A DNA stretch of 64,000 bases from a virus (lineage: Duplodnaviria; Caudoviricetes). A program made the position numbers and the translations under genes. Below are positions 38,972-47,691 of this stretch, one piece after another. The stretch lies in IMG/VR virus record IMGVR_UViG_3300027858_000004, positions 64,001 to 128,000 of that record. One strand, given 5' to 3'. The first letter of the stretch is position 1. Every line of letters starts with the position of its first letter. The notes beneath the pieces are model-generated. The model was given only the letters and a program-made list of their open reading frames with translations, was not told the origin of the DNA and did not search any database.

Positions 38972-39081
38972 GGGGATAGACCAATAACGACCATATGTGG
39001 AATTATATACGTACTGTTGAATAGTGTGATGCATCACACTTTATTTAGTACATTATTAAAAACACATTGGGTCTATCCCCT
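38971..39081. repeat. nested inverted repeats, candidate attP
   Basis: 12-bp IR AGGGGATAGACC/GGTCTATCCCCT around the perfect 18-bp palindrome AGTGTGATGCATCACACT (39023-39040). Confidence 0.55.
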
Positions 39082-39089
39082 CATAAACA

Positions 39090-39141
39090 TTGATATATAA
39101 AGGTTTTAAAGCTATAATAGCATTATCAAAAGTTATCCACA
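39090..39141 (+). promoter_or_regulatory. sigA promoter followed by a consensus DnaA box
   Basis: TTGATA-17bp-TATAAT; TTATCCACA at 39133-39141. Confidence 0.65.
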
Positions 39142-39184
39142 ATGTCCAATTTAACATGAATTTAACTGAAAGATGGTGTCAATA

Positions 39185-40153
39185 ATGAGAAAGAAAGTGG
39201 TAATAATTACGACAGGTGGAACCATAGCATCCACAAAAGATGAGAATGGAATGTTGATTTCAGGTCAACTAAATGGAAATGAGTTAGCCGAGATTTGTCA
39301 GCTACCAAGTAATATTGAAATAATAATTTTGGATGTGTTTCAACTTCCGAGTATGCATATTAACATTTCTAGAATGCAAGAAATTAAGAATGTAATTATG
39401 CATACTCTTAATGACAAATCTGTAGACGGTATAGTAGTGACTCATGGAACAGATAGCTTAGAGGAAACTGCATATTTTTTAGATTTAACTATTAATGATT
39501 CAAGACCAATTGTAGTAACTGGTTCTCAGAAGTCTCCGCAAGAGGTTGGAACGGATGTGTTTTCCAATTTAAAGAATTCGATTAGTGTTGCCTTAAATGA
39601 ATCGTTAATAGGTGTAGGTGCTGTTGTAGTGTTCAATGAGAGGATTTATAGTGCGAAATATATTAAGAAGGTTCACGCATCTAATTTACAAGGATTTGAT
39701 TCACTTGGTCATGGGTATCTTGGGATAATTGATAATGATGTGGTTAGTCTATATCAAAAGCCAATCACAAGAGAATCATATAGTTTAATTAATCCGCTAG
39801 AAAAAGTAGACATAGTTAAGTGTTATGCTGGCGCAGATGGATATTTAATTGATGCATTATGCTTAGGTGGGGTTAAAGGTGTGGTCTTGGAGGGGGCTGG
39901 AAGAGGACAAGTATCTCCTGAGATGGTTGCTTCAATAGAAAAAGCTATTGATAACTACTCAATGACAATAGTATTAACGACTAGTACTGAAGAAGGTCAG
40001 GTTCACCCGTCTTACAATTATAAAGGGAGTGCTTATAATTTAGTGAATCTTGGAGTTATACTGGGTGGAGATTATGACAGTAAAAAGGCAAGAATTAAAT
40101 TAGCAGTTTTACTATCGTCTAATACAGATGTTAAGAAGGGATTTGAAAAATAA
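39185..40153 (+). CDS. ansA: L-asparaginase (cytoplasmic, full length)
   Basis: TGGTIA, HGTDSLEETAY, TGSQ, GAGRG, KARIKL. Confidence 0.9.
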   Translation: MRKKVVIITTGGTIASTKDENGMLISGQLNGNELAEICQLPSNIEIIILDVFQLPSMHINISRMQEIKNVIMHTLNDKSVDGIVVTHGTDSLEETAYFLDLTINDSRPIVVTGSQKSPQEVGTDVFSNLKNSISVALNESLIGVGAVVVFNERIYSAKYIKKVHASNLQGFDSLGHGYLGIIDNDVVSLYQKPITRESYSLINPLEKVDIVKCYAGADGYLIDALCLGGVKGVVLEGAGRGQVSPEMVASIEKAIDNYSMTIVLTTSTEEGQVHPSYNYKGSAYNLVNLGVILGGDYDSKKARIKLAVLLSSNTDVKKGFEK

Positions 40154-40154
40154 T

Positions 40155-40316
40155 ATGTCGAACATAAAACAAGTATCAGCATTAGCATTTACGCTATTGG
40201 TTAAATCACAGGTATTGACTGAAGAGGAAATTAATGTGGCAAAAGAACAAGGGTACGAGGGATTGTGTGAATTGCTATCTGAAAAAATATTAATCGTCAC
40301 AGGAACTTTAAAATAG
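40155..40316 (+). CDS. small SHOCT-like protein
   Basis: FTLL....LTEEE; paralog of the next ORF. Confidence 0.55.
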   Translation: MSNIKQVSALAFTLLVKSQVLTEEEINVAKEQGYEGLCELLSEKILIVTGTLK

Positions 40317-40328
40317 GAGGCTATAATA

Positions 40329-40505
40329 TTGGAAGATTTAATTAGACTAACATCAAGGTGCTTTACATTACTTAAGCTTGAAGGAATAATCTCTGAAGAA
40401 GAATATGCAGAAGCTATGAAGGATGAAGACAAGGTATTAGGATTTACAGATTTGGTTAGTAGCAAAATAACGGAGAAGAGAACTATCAATGACAACAACA
40501 ACTAA
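40329..40505 (+). CDS. small SHOCT-like protein (58 aa, not in ORF track)
   Basis: AGGAGG RBS plus TTG; FTLLKLEGIISEEEY. Confidence 0.6.
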   Translation: MEDLIRLTSRCFTLLKLEGIISEEEYAEAMKDEDKVLGFTDLVSSKITEKRTINDNNN

Positions 40506-40812
40506 AACACTATTCAGTCGAAAGATAAAATGTCAAAACTGCGGCTCTTCCTATTATAAAAAAGTGGAGCGTGGAGTGGTTAAATATGTGTGCAGTTTAT
40601 ACAATAAAACTGGTGAGTGTAAAAGAAATATAGTTTCAGAAGATTTTTTAGTAGACTTATTAGAAAAGAGACTGAATAGAAAGATAACTCGTGAAGTTAT
40701 AGAGAAAAACGTTCAGATGGTTATGATTGAAAATGTTGACCCATATCTATTAGAAATTCATTTTTACAATCAAAAGTCCATAACTTTTTCTAAAGATTCC
40801 ATCATATATTAA
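40489..40812 (+). CDS. stand-alone recombinase zinc beta-ribbon domain protein
   Basis: LFSRKIKCQNCG...YVC......C. Confidence 0.75.
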   Translation: MTTTTKTLFSRKIKCQNCGSSYYKKVERGVVKYVCSLYNKTGECKRNIVSEDFLVDLLEKRLNRKITREVIEKNVQMVMIENVDPYLLEIHFYNQKSITFSKDSIIY

Positions 40813-40860
40813 AGGGGCGACAGGTCATTTTTAGAAAAACTAACAGGAGGGAGGATAAAC

Positions 40861-40889
40861 GCTTGATATAACTGTATACTATGTAAACT
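40861..40889 (+). other. dif-like Xer recombination site
   Basis: GCTTGATATAA-CTGTATA-CTATGTAAACT compared with Firmicutes dif ACTTCCTA(G/T)AA-TATATA-TTATGTAAACT. Confidence 0.45.
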
Positions 40890-40920
40890 TAAAGGGGCGA
40901 CAAATATCGTCCCTTTAAGT
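40887..40920. terminator. hairpin at the convergence of the two arms
   Basis: 14-bp stem ACTTAAAGGGGCGA/TCGTCCCTTTAAGT. Confidence 0.7.
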
Positions 40921-40953
40921 GTGTTTAAGATGCTAAAAGACATTGAAAGTGTA

Positions 40954-41850
40954 TTAGTTTTTAGTCTCATTTATAACGTAAACAACCCAACCAAATTTAT
41001 CTTTCAACTGTTTTCCAACAGCTTCAGCATCTTCTTTTGCTGTAAATGTTCCAGTATAAATACGATACTCTGGGTTAAATCCAAGTGACTCTGGCTTCTC
41101 ATAAACAACACCAGTAAACTCAGTTTTCATTTTAGCTACTCCATCTGCCAATGCTTTTGCATCGGGGAATGTTCCAGTTTTGAGTCTGTACGTTCCTTTA
41201 GCTTTAGCAGGAGCTGGAACAGGCTTTGGAGTTGTTGTAACTTCTGCGGTAGGCTTCTTCAAAATTTCTAAGGTTTTGGCTCCAGCAATCCCATCAACAG
41301 TTAATCCATTTTTCTTCTGGAAGTCTTTTACTGCATCTAACGTAGCGTTGCCTGAAATACCATCCACAACTAACTTATATCCAAATTTATTTAACAATGT
41401 TTGCAATTCAAGTGTCACTGAATCTACTACGTATTTCAATGGGTCTTTTGCATATGTGTAACTGCTATTTCTCTTTCCACCTACATGAACCTCAAAATGT
41501 AAATGAATCCCAGTAGAGTTTCCAGTAGTACCTTTAACTCCAATTTTCTGACCTTGCTTAACCTTATCTCCAACTTTTACCGACATAGATGTCAAATGTG
41601 CATAAAGTGTTTGATACGTAATGCCATTAATTAGATGTGTAATGATAATTGTGTTGCCATAGCCATCAAATACACTCGAACGCTCTACCGTACCATCGGC
41701 AGAAGCTATTATAGTATTGTCAGAAGGGGTGTTCCCATAATCTACTCCCCAGTGCATCTTTTTGGTTTTAGAAATGGGATGAATACGATATCCAAAAGGG
41801 CTAGTAATGCGTCCGTTACAAGGAACTATAAAATTACTCATGTGTTTCAC
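40954..41850 (-). CDS. endolysin: M23 peptidase + PG-binding + SPOR-like repeats
   Basis: HWGVD, YAHL, HLHFE; DGIAG..T repeats. Confidence 0.9.
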   Translation of the reverse strand: MKHMSNFIVPCNGRITSPFGYRIHPISKTKKMHWGVDYGNTPSDNTIIASADGTVERSSVFDGYGNTIIITHLINGITYQTLYAHLTSMSVKVGDKVKQGQKIGVKGTTGNSTGIHLHFEVHVGGKRNSSYTYAKDPLKYVVDSVTLELQTLLNKFGYKLVVDGISGNATLDAVKDFQKKNGLTVDGIAGAKTLEILKKPTAEVTTTPKPVPAPAKAKGTYRLKTGTFPDAKALADGVAKMKTEFTGVVYEKPESLGFNPEYRIYTGTFTAKEDAEAVGKQLKDKFGWVVYVINETKN

Positions 41851-42205
41851 CTACCAATTGTTCACCGTTTACCAGTTCTTTTGCAGCTTTATTGCTGTTA
41901 AGCATATCTCTCATTTCAATGAGTGCTTGGTCTACTAATAGACTAAACATATTAAACGTAACTAATTTAGAGATAACTGGGAATCTTGTGATAAACATAT
42001 CATATACCATATGAAGCTTTATCTTTCCTACGGAGCTACCTAGCTCTTTCTCAGCGAACGTTACACCATATAGCAACCAAGATTTAACTTGTTCTATTTG
42101 TTTCTTACTAGGTTGAGTGAAAAATTTGTATGCACCGATACCTAAAGCAATAACCAAGATAACCACTACTACAATAGTTGTCCAATTTTCAATTATGAAA
42201 TTCAT
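41834..42205 (-). CDS. putative holin
   Basis: N-terminal TM, AEKELG..G..K motif, adjacent to the lysin. Confidence 0.7.
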   Translation of the reverse strand: MNFIIENWTTIVVVVILVIALGIGAYKFFTQPSKKQIEQVKSWLLYGVTFAEKELGSSVGKIKLHMVYDMFITRFPVISKLVTFNMFSLLVDQALIEMRDMLNSNKAAKELVNGEQLVGETHE

Positions 42206-42552
42206 AATATTTCTTCCTCCTCGATAATAATTTCTTCCGCAATAGTTTCAGCCGTTCCATTTTTAGCATCTCTACGCTCTTTCATTTCATTTGTAACTTT
42301 CTCTACACCTTCTATAGTGAATACAGAGGCAACGATGGTCATAATTACAGGAGTAACTATGTCCACCAGCCTAAGATACATTTCATCCAAAGGTCTTCCT
42401 ATTAACAATATTGTTAGACCCACTGCTATAAATAAGAAGAACACTGAGGTTGAGATTAACAGCAAATAATCACGCTGAGTAATTCCATCGCTGTCATTTA
42501 AGAAAGTTTGATATTCAATAATCTTTCTTGTTTTCTTAGGTTTTTTAGCCAT
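42202..42552 (-). CDS. two-TM membrane protein (holin-like)
   Basis: TM segments, position in lysis cassette. Confidence 0.6.
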   Translation of the reverse strand: MAKKPKKTRKIIEYQTFLNDSDGITQRDYLLLISTSVFFLFIAVGLTILLIGRPLDEMYLRLVDIVTPVIMTIVASVFTIEGVEKVTNEMKERRDAKNGTAETIAEEIIIEEEEIL

Positions 42553-42564
42553 GTGTGATACCTC

Positions 42565-43077
42565 CTATTTACTCCATCCAAGTTTAAACGCTAGGAAACC
42601 AGCTAGAGCACCTATTAGCCCTAGAATAAAAGTTGCACCACCTTTTTTCACAACAGCCCACAAATCCACTTTATTTCCATCTTCCAATGCCTCGACTTTA
42701 GAATCCACAATACTAATTTTGGCATCGTATTTAGCATCGAATTTACCAACGTCTGTTTTAATTTGGTGGATATCATCTTTCATATCTTTAACTTCATAGC
42801 GAAGGCTTTTATATGATTCTTCAACATCTCCCAACACAGTAGATAATCTTCCCATTTGGTCGTGCATCATTTGGTCTTGTTTCTCTTGTCTTAGTTGACG
42901 CTCTTTACTCATTTCTACCTGATTTTCAAGGATGCTTGTTAGCCTAGCAAAAGTGGGAGCTATATCTTGCTCCTCCGTAATTTGCATACGTCTTTCTAGG
43001 TTTTTTACCCACTCTTCGGTCTTGGCTTGTCTAACATACATTGCTGTATTTTCTTGTAATTCGTATCCTTCAATCAT
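42565..43077 (-). CDS. coiled-coil protein with C-terminal TM (XhlA/BhlA-like lysis accessory)
   Basis: domain architecture and position. Confidence 0.55.
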   Translation of the reverse strand: MIEGYELQENTAMYVRQAKTEEWVKNLERRMQITEEQDIAPTFARLTSILENQVEMSKERQLRQEKQDQMMHDQMGRLSTVLGDVEESYKSLRYEVKDMKDDIHQIKTDVGKFDAKYDAKISIVDSKVEALEDGNKVDLWAVVKKGGATFILGLIGALAGFLAFKLGWSK

Positions 43078-43092
43078 TCTCTTTTAGCTCCT

Positions 43093-43512
43093 TTAGTTAA
43101 TTTCTTCTACGATTTCGCACCATCTGTCGTACTGAGTAGCTTCATCTCCAGAGAACTCTAAGTCACAATCCAAAACAATATTTTTCACTTCGATTAACAT
43201 ATCTAAAACTTCTTGAGTTTCTTCAATAATAAAATCTTCTTCTAAGATGCAAATAACTTCTTTATTGAATTCCTCCACATCTCCGATTACGATTCCTTCT
43301 TGACCAGCTTCATTTTCCTGATAAACGATTTCACCTTTTTCATCTCTTTTGGCAAACTCATTTACTAGTTGTTCTCTTTCTGCTATTTGCAACTCCAGTC
43401 TTCCTTGCAAAACTTTGACAAATCGTGTTCTCATTCGTGATTGTTTACCTCTTAGTGTTAAGTCAAATAAAAATCTTCCGAACTGTTCAACCTCATAGTT
43501 TTTAATAATCAT
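43093..43512 (-). CDS. DUF1617-like phage protein
   Basis: L.L.GKQSRMRTRF pattern. Confidence 0.6.
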   Translation of the reverse strand: MIIKNYEVEQFGRFLFDLTLRGKQSRMRTRFVKVLQGRLELQIAEREQLVNEFAKRDEKGEIVYQENEAGQEGIVIGDVEEFNKEVICILEEDFIIEETQEVLDMLIEVKNIVLDCDLEFSGDEATQYDRWCEIVEEIN

Positions 43513-43602
43513 TTAATAATATTCTCCTTTTATTCTATTTTTTGTAAATTAAAAACCCCATAAGTTGGGGCTCTCTGTTAATGCATATTAAATAATCTAT
43601 AT

Positions 43603-43630
43603 AAAAAGAGAGTTACCGAAGTAACTCTCT
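43603..43630 (-). terminator. intrinsic terminator with UUCG loop
   Basis: AGAGAGTTAC-TTCG-GTAACTCTCT-TTTT on the minus strand. Confidence 0.85.
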
Positions 43631-43635
43631 ACAAT

Positions 43636-45783
43636 TTATATAATGAAAGCGTAACTTCCACCTTTACCACGTACTTGTATTACCGTATCAACATCTGAGG
43701 CTCTTAGTATTCTAGGGAGAATCTCAACCATCACATCACTGTCTCCGAAGTATGGAATGTGAATCTCAGTTAAAATATTAGGTCTAGATATTGAAATTTC
43801 AACTTCCACATTAGAATTAGGTATTGCTTCAATTTCAACCAAAATACTATTGTGTATCATTATAGTTATTTCAGTTTCCACATCATCACGATATTTTACT
43901 TCGACAGCAGCTTCTATATCACGATACTCAGTTACTGTGATTTCAGTTAATGTATCAGGTCTAGATATTGAAATTGTAGTATCAACACTATCATCGCCTA
44001 ATGCACGAATAAGTATTTCAGTTTCAATTTCATCTTCACCAATTCCACGTATTTCTATTTCAGTGAGCACTATCTCTCTCGTTACTGAAACTTGAACAAC
44101 AATGTCGTCATCATCAGGAACTCGAACTGATATTTCAGTATCCACAGTGTCTTGGTCAATCGCTCTAATTTCTAATTCAGTAAGTAATGATTCTCTGGTT
44201 ACAGAAATTTGTACTGGAACGGTGTCATCAGCTAATGCTCTAACTTCCAACTCAGTATCGATAGTATCTTCTGTGATTGCTCTGATTTCAATTTCAGTTG
44301 GGACTTTTTCACGACTAGCGCTTACTTCTACTAATTTATCGTTTTCTAATCCACGCTCAACTTCAAGTTCAACATAAACATCATTCCAAGGTCTAACGTA
44401 GATTTCTGCATATACCATCTCTCTTGATATGCTTATTTCTGCTAATTTATCGTTTTCAATTCCCCGTTCAACTTCAATCACAGTAGGGATATCGTTTCTG
44501 TATCGAACGTATATTTCTGTATTAAGATGCTCTCTAGTTACACTTATTTCAGCTAATTTCACATCATCATCATAGCGTTGTATTTCAATCACAGTTTCAA
44601 CGTTGTTTTTATATTTAACTTCAATCTCAACAAACTGGTACGGCTTAGATACTGTAATTTCAGCAAGTTGGATACTTTCAAGAGGTAGTCTAGGTGTAAT
44701 TTCAACTAAGATACTATCATCGTCAATTACAGATATCGTAATTTCAGACCAGATATTAGGCTTAGTTACTGTAATTTCAGTTTCTAATTCTTCGATTACT
44801 GGTGATTCATATCGATGCACTTCTAATTCAACTAAAATATCATCACTCTTATTTGAATAAGCAACTTCAATTTGAGTTAATACGTCTTTATTTCCAGTTT
44901 GCCAAACAAATATTTCTGTAGGAACTTGACTTCTACCACCACTATAAATACGACCATCATAGTATGTTATTAATAATTCAGGTGGTCTAGATGATTCTCT
45001 AGATTTAAAGTTAATATAACCAAATGAGCTATCTGATTCATTTGCATATCTCAATACTAATCCTTCATTAGAAATTACATTTCTAATCCAGTCCTCAGTT
45101 AATTTAGTAACTTCGAATTCAATATACTTCTCTACAGAATTATTTATAAATTTGGTAGTAGCCAATGAAATTGGATTTGGTCTATTTACGTGGGTAACAC
45201 CATATTCTTGCCATAGTTGATTAAGTGTTAGTAATTCAATATTAACTCCATTAGGTACTGTTCCTGAGTAATGTAATCTTATTTTAGACTCAATGATTAC
45301 AAAGAAAGGATTCCAATTGGAAAAATCAAATTGCAAGTAAGAACGGAATCTGTCGTCCGATGTAGAACCCACGTTTAATGATGCTGTATCGCCATAGTTA
45401 AGTGTTTGGTAAACACTCTTTTCACGAGTAAATGCATCCTTAACAGGGTGAAGAATATCCGTAATTTTAGGTGGTTCTTGTATTTCATATAAAGCTTTCA
45501 TTCTACTATGTGGTCTTACTTCGATTTCCACTGGAACAGCTTTCCATCCATAAGGCTGAATCTCAGTAAGCACATCTGAAATATTACCATATGCAACATC
45601 TATTTCTGCATTGAGAATATTTTCTTCTTCAACTCGAATAGCAATTTCAGTCAATACATCGTCATTGTTTCCTTGACGTATTAATATTTCAGATAAGACT
45701 TCACTGTAGCCTGAGCCAATTACAGTGAACTTACCACTCATTTTGTTTGATGATACTATCTGACTAGCATCCATAATTCTCAC
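43636..45783 (-). CDS. DNRLRE/CBM-like domain protein with long acidic beta-repeat region (virion fibre-like)
   Basis: DAF..E...NYG..RSYLQFD..F.SRE..P.L.ITY; many EI.V..E repeats. Confidence 0.7.
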   Translation of the reverse strand: MRIMDASQIVSSNKMSGKFTVIGSGYSEVLSEILIRQGNNDDVLTEIAIRVEEENILNAEIDVAYGNISDVLTEIQPYGWKAVPVEIEVRPHSRMKALYEIQEPPKITDILHPVKDAFTREKSVYQTLNYGDTASLNVGSTSDDRFRSYLQFDFSNWNPFFVIIESKIRLHYSGTVPNGVNIELLTLNQLWQEYGVTHVNRPNPISLATTKFINNSVEKYIEFEVTKLTEDWIRNVISNEGLVLRYANESDSSFGYINFKSRESSRPPELLITYYDGRIYSGGRSQVPTEIFVWQTGNKDVLTQIEVAYSNKSDDILVELEVHRYESPVIEELETEITVTKPNIWSEITISVIDDDSILVEITPRLPLESIQLAEITVSKPYQFVEIEVKYKNNVETVIEIQRYDDDVKLAEISVTREHLNTEIYVRYRNDIPTVIEVERGIENDKLAEISISREMVYAEIYVRPWNDVYVELEVERGLENDKLVEVSASREKVPTEIEIRAITEDTIDTELEVRALADDTVPVQISVTRESLLTELEIRAIDQDTVDTEISVRVPDDDDIVVQVSVTREIVLTEIEIRGIGEDEIETEILIRALGDDSVDTTISISRPDTLTEITVTEYRDIEAAVEVKYRDDVETEITIMIHNSILVEIEAIPNSNVEVEISISRPNILTEIHIPYFGDSDVMVEILPRILRASDVDTVIQVRGKGGSYAFII

Positions 45784-45805
45784 ATCCTATCACATTGTAT
45801 TGTGA

Positions 45806-47560
45806 TTAGATTACTTTATCAGCAGTAACTATAATATCAAATTCTCCTGAAGTCGGAGGAGTTACCCCTAATTGAGTTGCTAATCTTATATAAAAAGTTA
45901 ATTCTTCGCCATCCTCTAGTGTCTGTGCATATAGCAGCTCATCCAATGACTCAAACGATATTTCATTTGTACCAAATCTTGCAGACATACCAACGGGGAA
46001 ATTAGCTTGGTTTGCACGAATAAGAATATTATTTACAGGATAACCATATGTGTTACGCAATATGATTGCTTGTTCAACAGTAGTCTGTCCTGCAATAATA
46101 ATACCGAAATCAAGATTTTGTAGAATCTCACCAACATCAGTAGAGTAATATTTACCAGTTGAATCCAAGAACATTAATCCATTATAAGTACCAACAAAAT
46201 TAGTTTGCCAATAGTCTGTTGCACCCCAATAATCTTGAAATTCAATTCGCAACACATTGTTTTCATCAATTTTTATCTCATCATTGGATAGTGTTAATGC
46301 TACATCTAATGGTGCAGCTTGCAATGGTGTAAAATCACCTGATTGTGGGAAATATGGATTACCGTTTAACAATACTCTATATTGAACTTTACCTGAGTCG
46401 GCATCATCCACTGAGCCTGTAATTGTCTTTCCAGCAAATGTTACGTTGATTGTCGAAGTAGTATTAAGAATATATAACTTAGCATCAGAAACCTTAGTGC
46501 TATACTTAGGTGCTAAATCTGCATAAGAAATCTTATCAACAATTGAAGTTGATTTTCCTCGAATGTCATCGTCCAAATAAACACCCACATATAGATTATC
46601 ATGTGACCAAGAAGTCCATTGAGGCTCTTGCATGTTAAGAATCGTTTTATATGTCATACCTTTTGTTAATATGTTGCTATTAACTGAAGCATCAACGGAA
46701 ACGAAACTCGTACCATCCCACGTATACCATGCGGTTTTATTAGGGGAGATAAGATATCTAGTGTTATTTTTAACATCGTTATTAATACCTTCTGAAACCA
46801 TCAGGTCACTCAAGTTACCATAAATTCCTGCTGGATTTTTAAGGTGTACGAATTGAGGAACTGGTATGGCAGATAAACCTAATCCTTTACCTTGTACTGT
46901 CACATCAATCCCATTAGCTACATTTCCTGTAGGTACGTAAGTTAGCAATTTAACATCAGGATTTATTAATAGCAATTCAGACCACGCTTCAGACTTAATT
47001 AACGATAAATCATCATGCCCATATGTTTCGAAGTCTGATTTGGAAGGGGGAGAAGCTATAGTTTTCCATCCAGCGTTGTAATATCTAGTTGTTCCATTTA
47101 ATGAAATCAGAGTTTTATTTACTGGCAAGCCAAATACCCCATTGAAGTCAATATCAACAGCATCAAAAAGGTATATTTTATCTACTGTTTGAGGATAGAT
47201 TTTCACTTCATGGTATTCATCTGCTAAGTTTATTTTTTCGAATAGAAGAGCTTGATGTGTAGCTGTACTATATATTTGAGTAAAATTACTTTTAATTCCA
47301 TCAATCTCTATAGCTACAGAATTATCGAAAGCTGTATTACTTGTACTTGAACCTATTATTCTAATTTTTGTTCCTTTAAAGTAAAACTTCATGAAATTTA
47401 AGTTTCCTACAACACCCTTACCTCTCATAGCTCTACTGCCAAAGTAACCGATGTAACTGTTTTCCTCCCATAAACCAGAGTAAGAGAAATTAACATTGGT
47501 ATCATCGTATCTTTTCCACCCTACTTCTGGGGTAATTAAAGCTTGATTTAAAGTTGCCAT
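45806..47560 (-). CDS. tail-associated protein with carbohydrate-binding-like N-terminus
   Basis: PE.GWKRYDD motif, position in tail module. Confidence 0.65.
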   Translation of the reverse strand: MATLNQALITPEVGWKRYDDTNVNFSYSGLWEENSYIGYFGSRAMRGKGVVGNLNFMKFYFKGTKIRIIGSSTSNTAFDNSVAIEIDGIKSNFTQIYSTATHQALLFEKINLADEYHEVKIYPQTVDKIYLFDAVDIDFNGVFGLPVNKTLISLNGTTRYYNAGWKTIASPPSKSDFETYGHDDLSLIKSEAWSELLLINPDVKLLTYVPTGNVANGIDVTVQGKGLGLSAIPVPQFVHLKNPAGIYGNLSDLMVSEGINNDVKNNTRYLISPNKTAWYTWDGTSFVSVDASVNSNILTKGMTYKTILNMQEPQWTSWSHDNLYVGVYLDDDIRGKSTSIVDKISYADLAPKYSTKVSDAKLYILNTTSTINVTFAGKTITGSVDDADSGKVQYRVLLNGNPYFPQSGDFTPLQAAPLDVALTLSNDEIKIDENNVLRIEFQDYWGATDYWQTNFVGTYNGLMFLDSTGKYYSTDVGEILQNLDFGIIIAGQTTVEQAIILRNTYGYPVNNILIRANQANFPVGMSARFGTNEISFESLDELLYAQTLEDGEELTFYIRLATQLGVTPPTSGEFDIIVTADKVI

Positions 47561-47606
47561 AAATCTTCATCTCCTTTGCATTGTATTGCAAATTTCTATT
47601 TTCAAT

Positions 47607-47656
47607 AAAAAAGAGATGTCCTAAAACTCCCATTTTACAGGGATTCTAGACATCTC
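47607..47656 (-). ncRNA. hairpin/terminator with conserved apical motif (copy C)
   Basis: GAGATGTC/GACATCTC stem, core CCCTGTAAAATGGG on the minus strand, T-tract. Confidence 0.55.
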
Positions 47657-47691
47657 AAATATCAGTAAAATAACTATTTTATCTTGTTACT

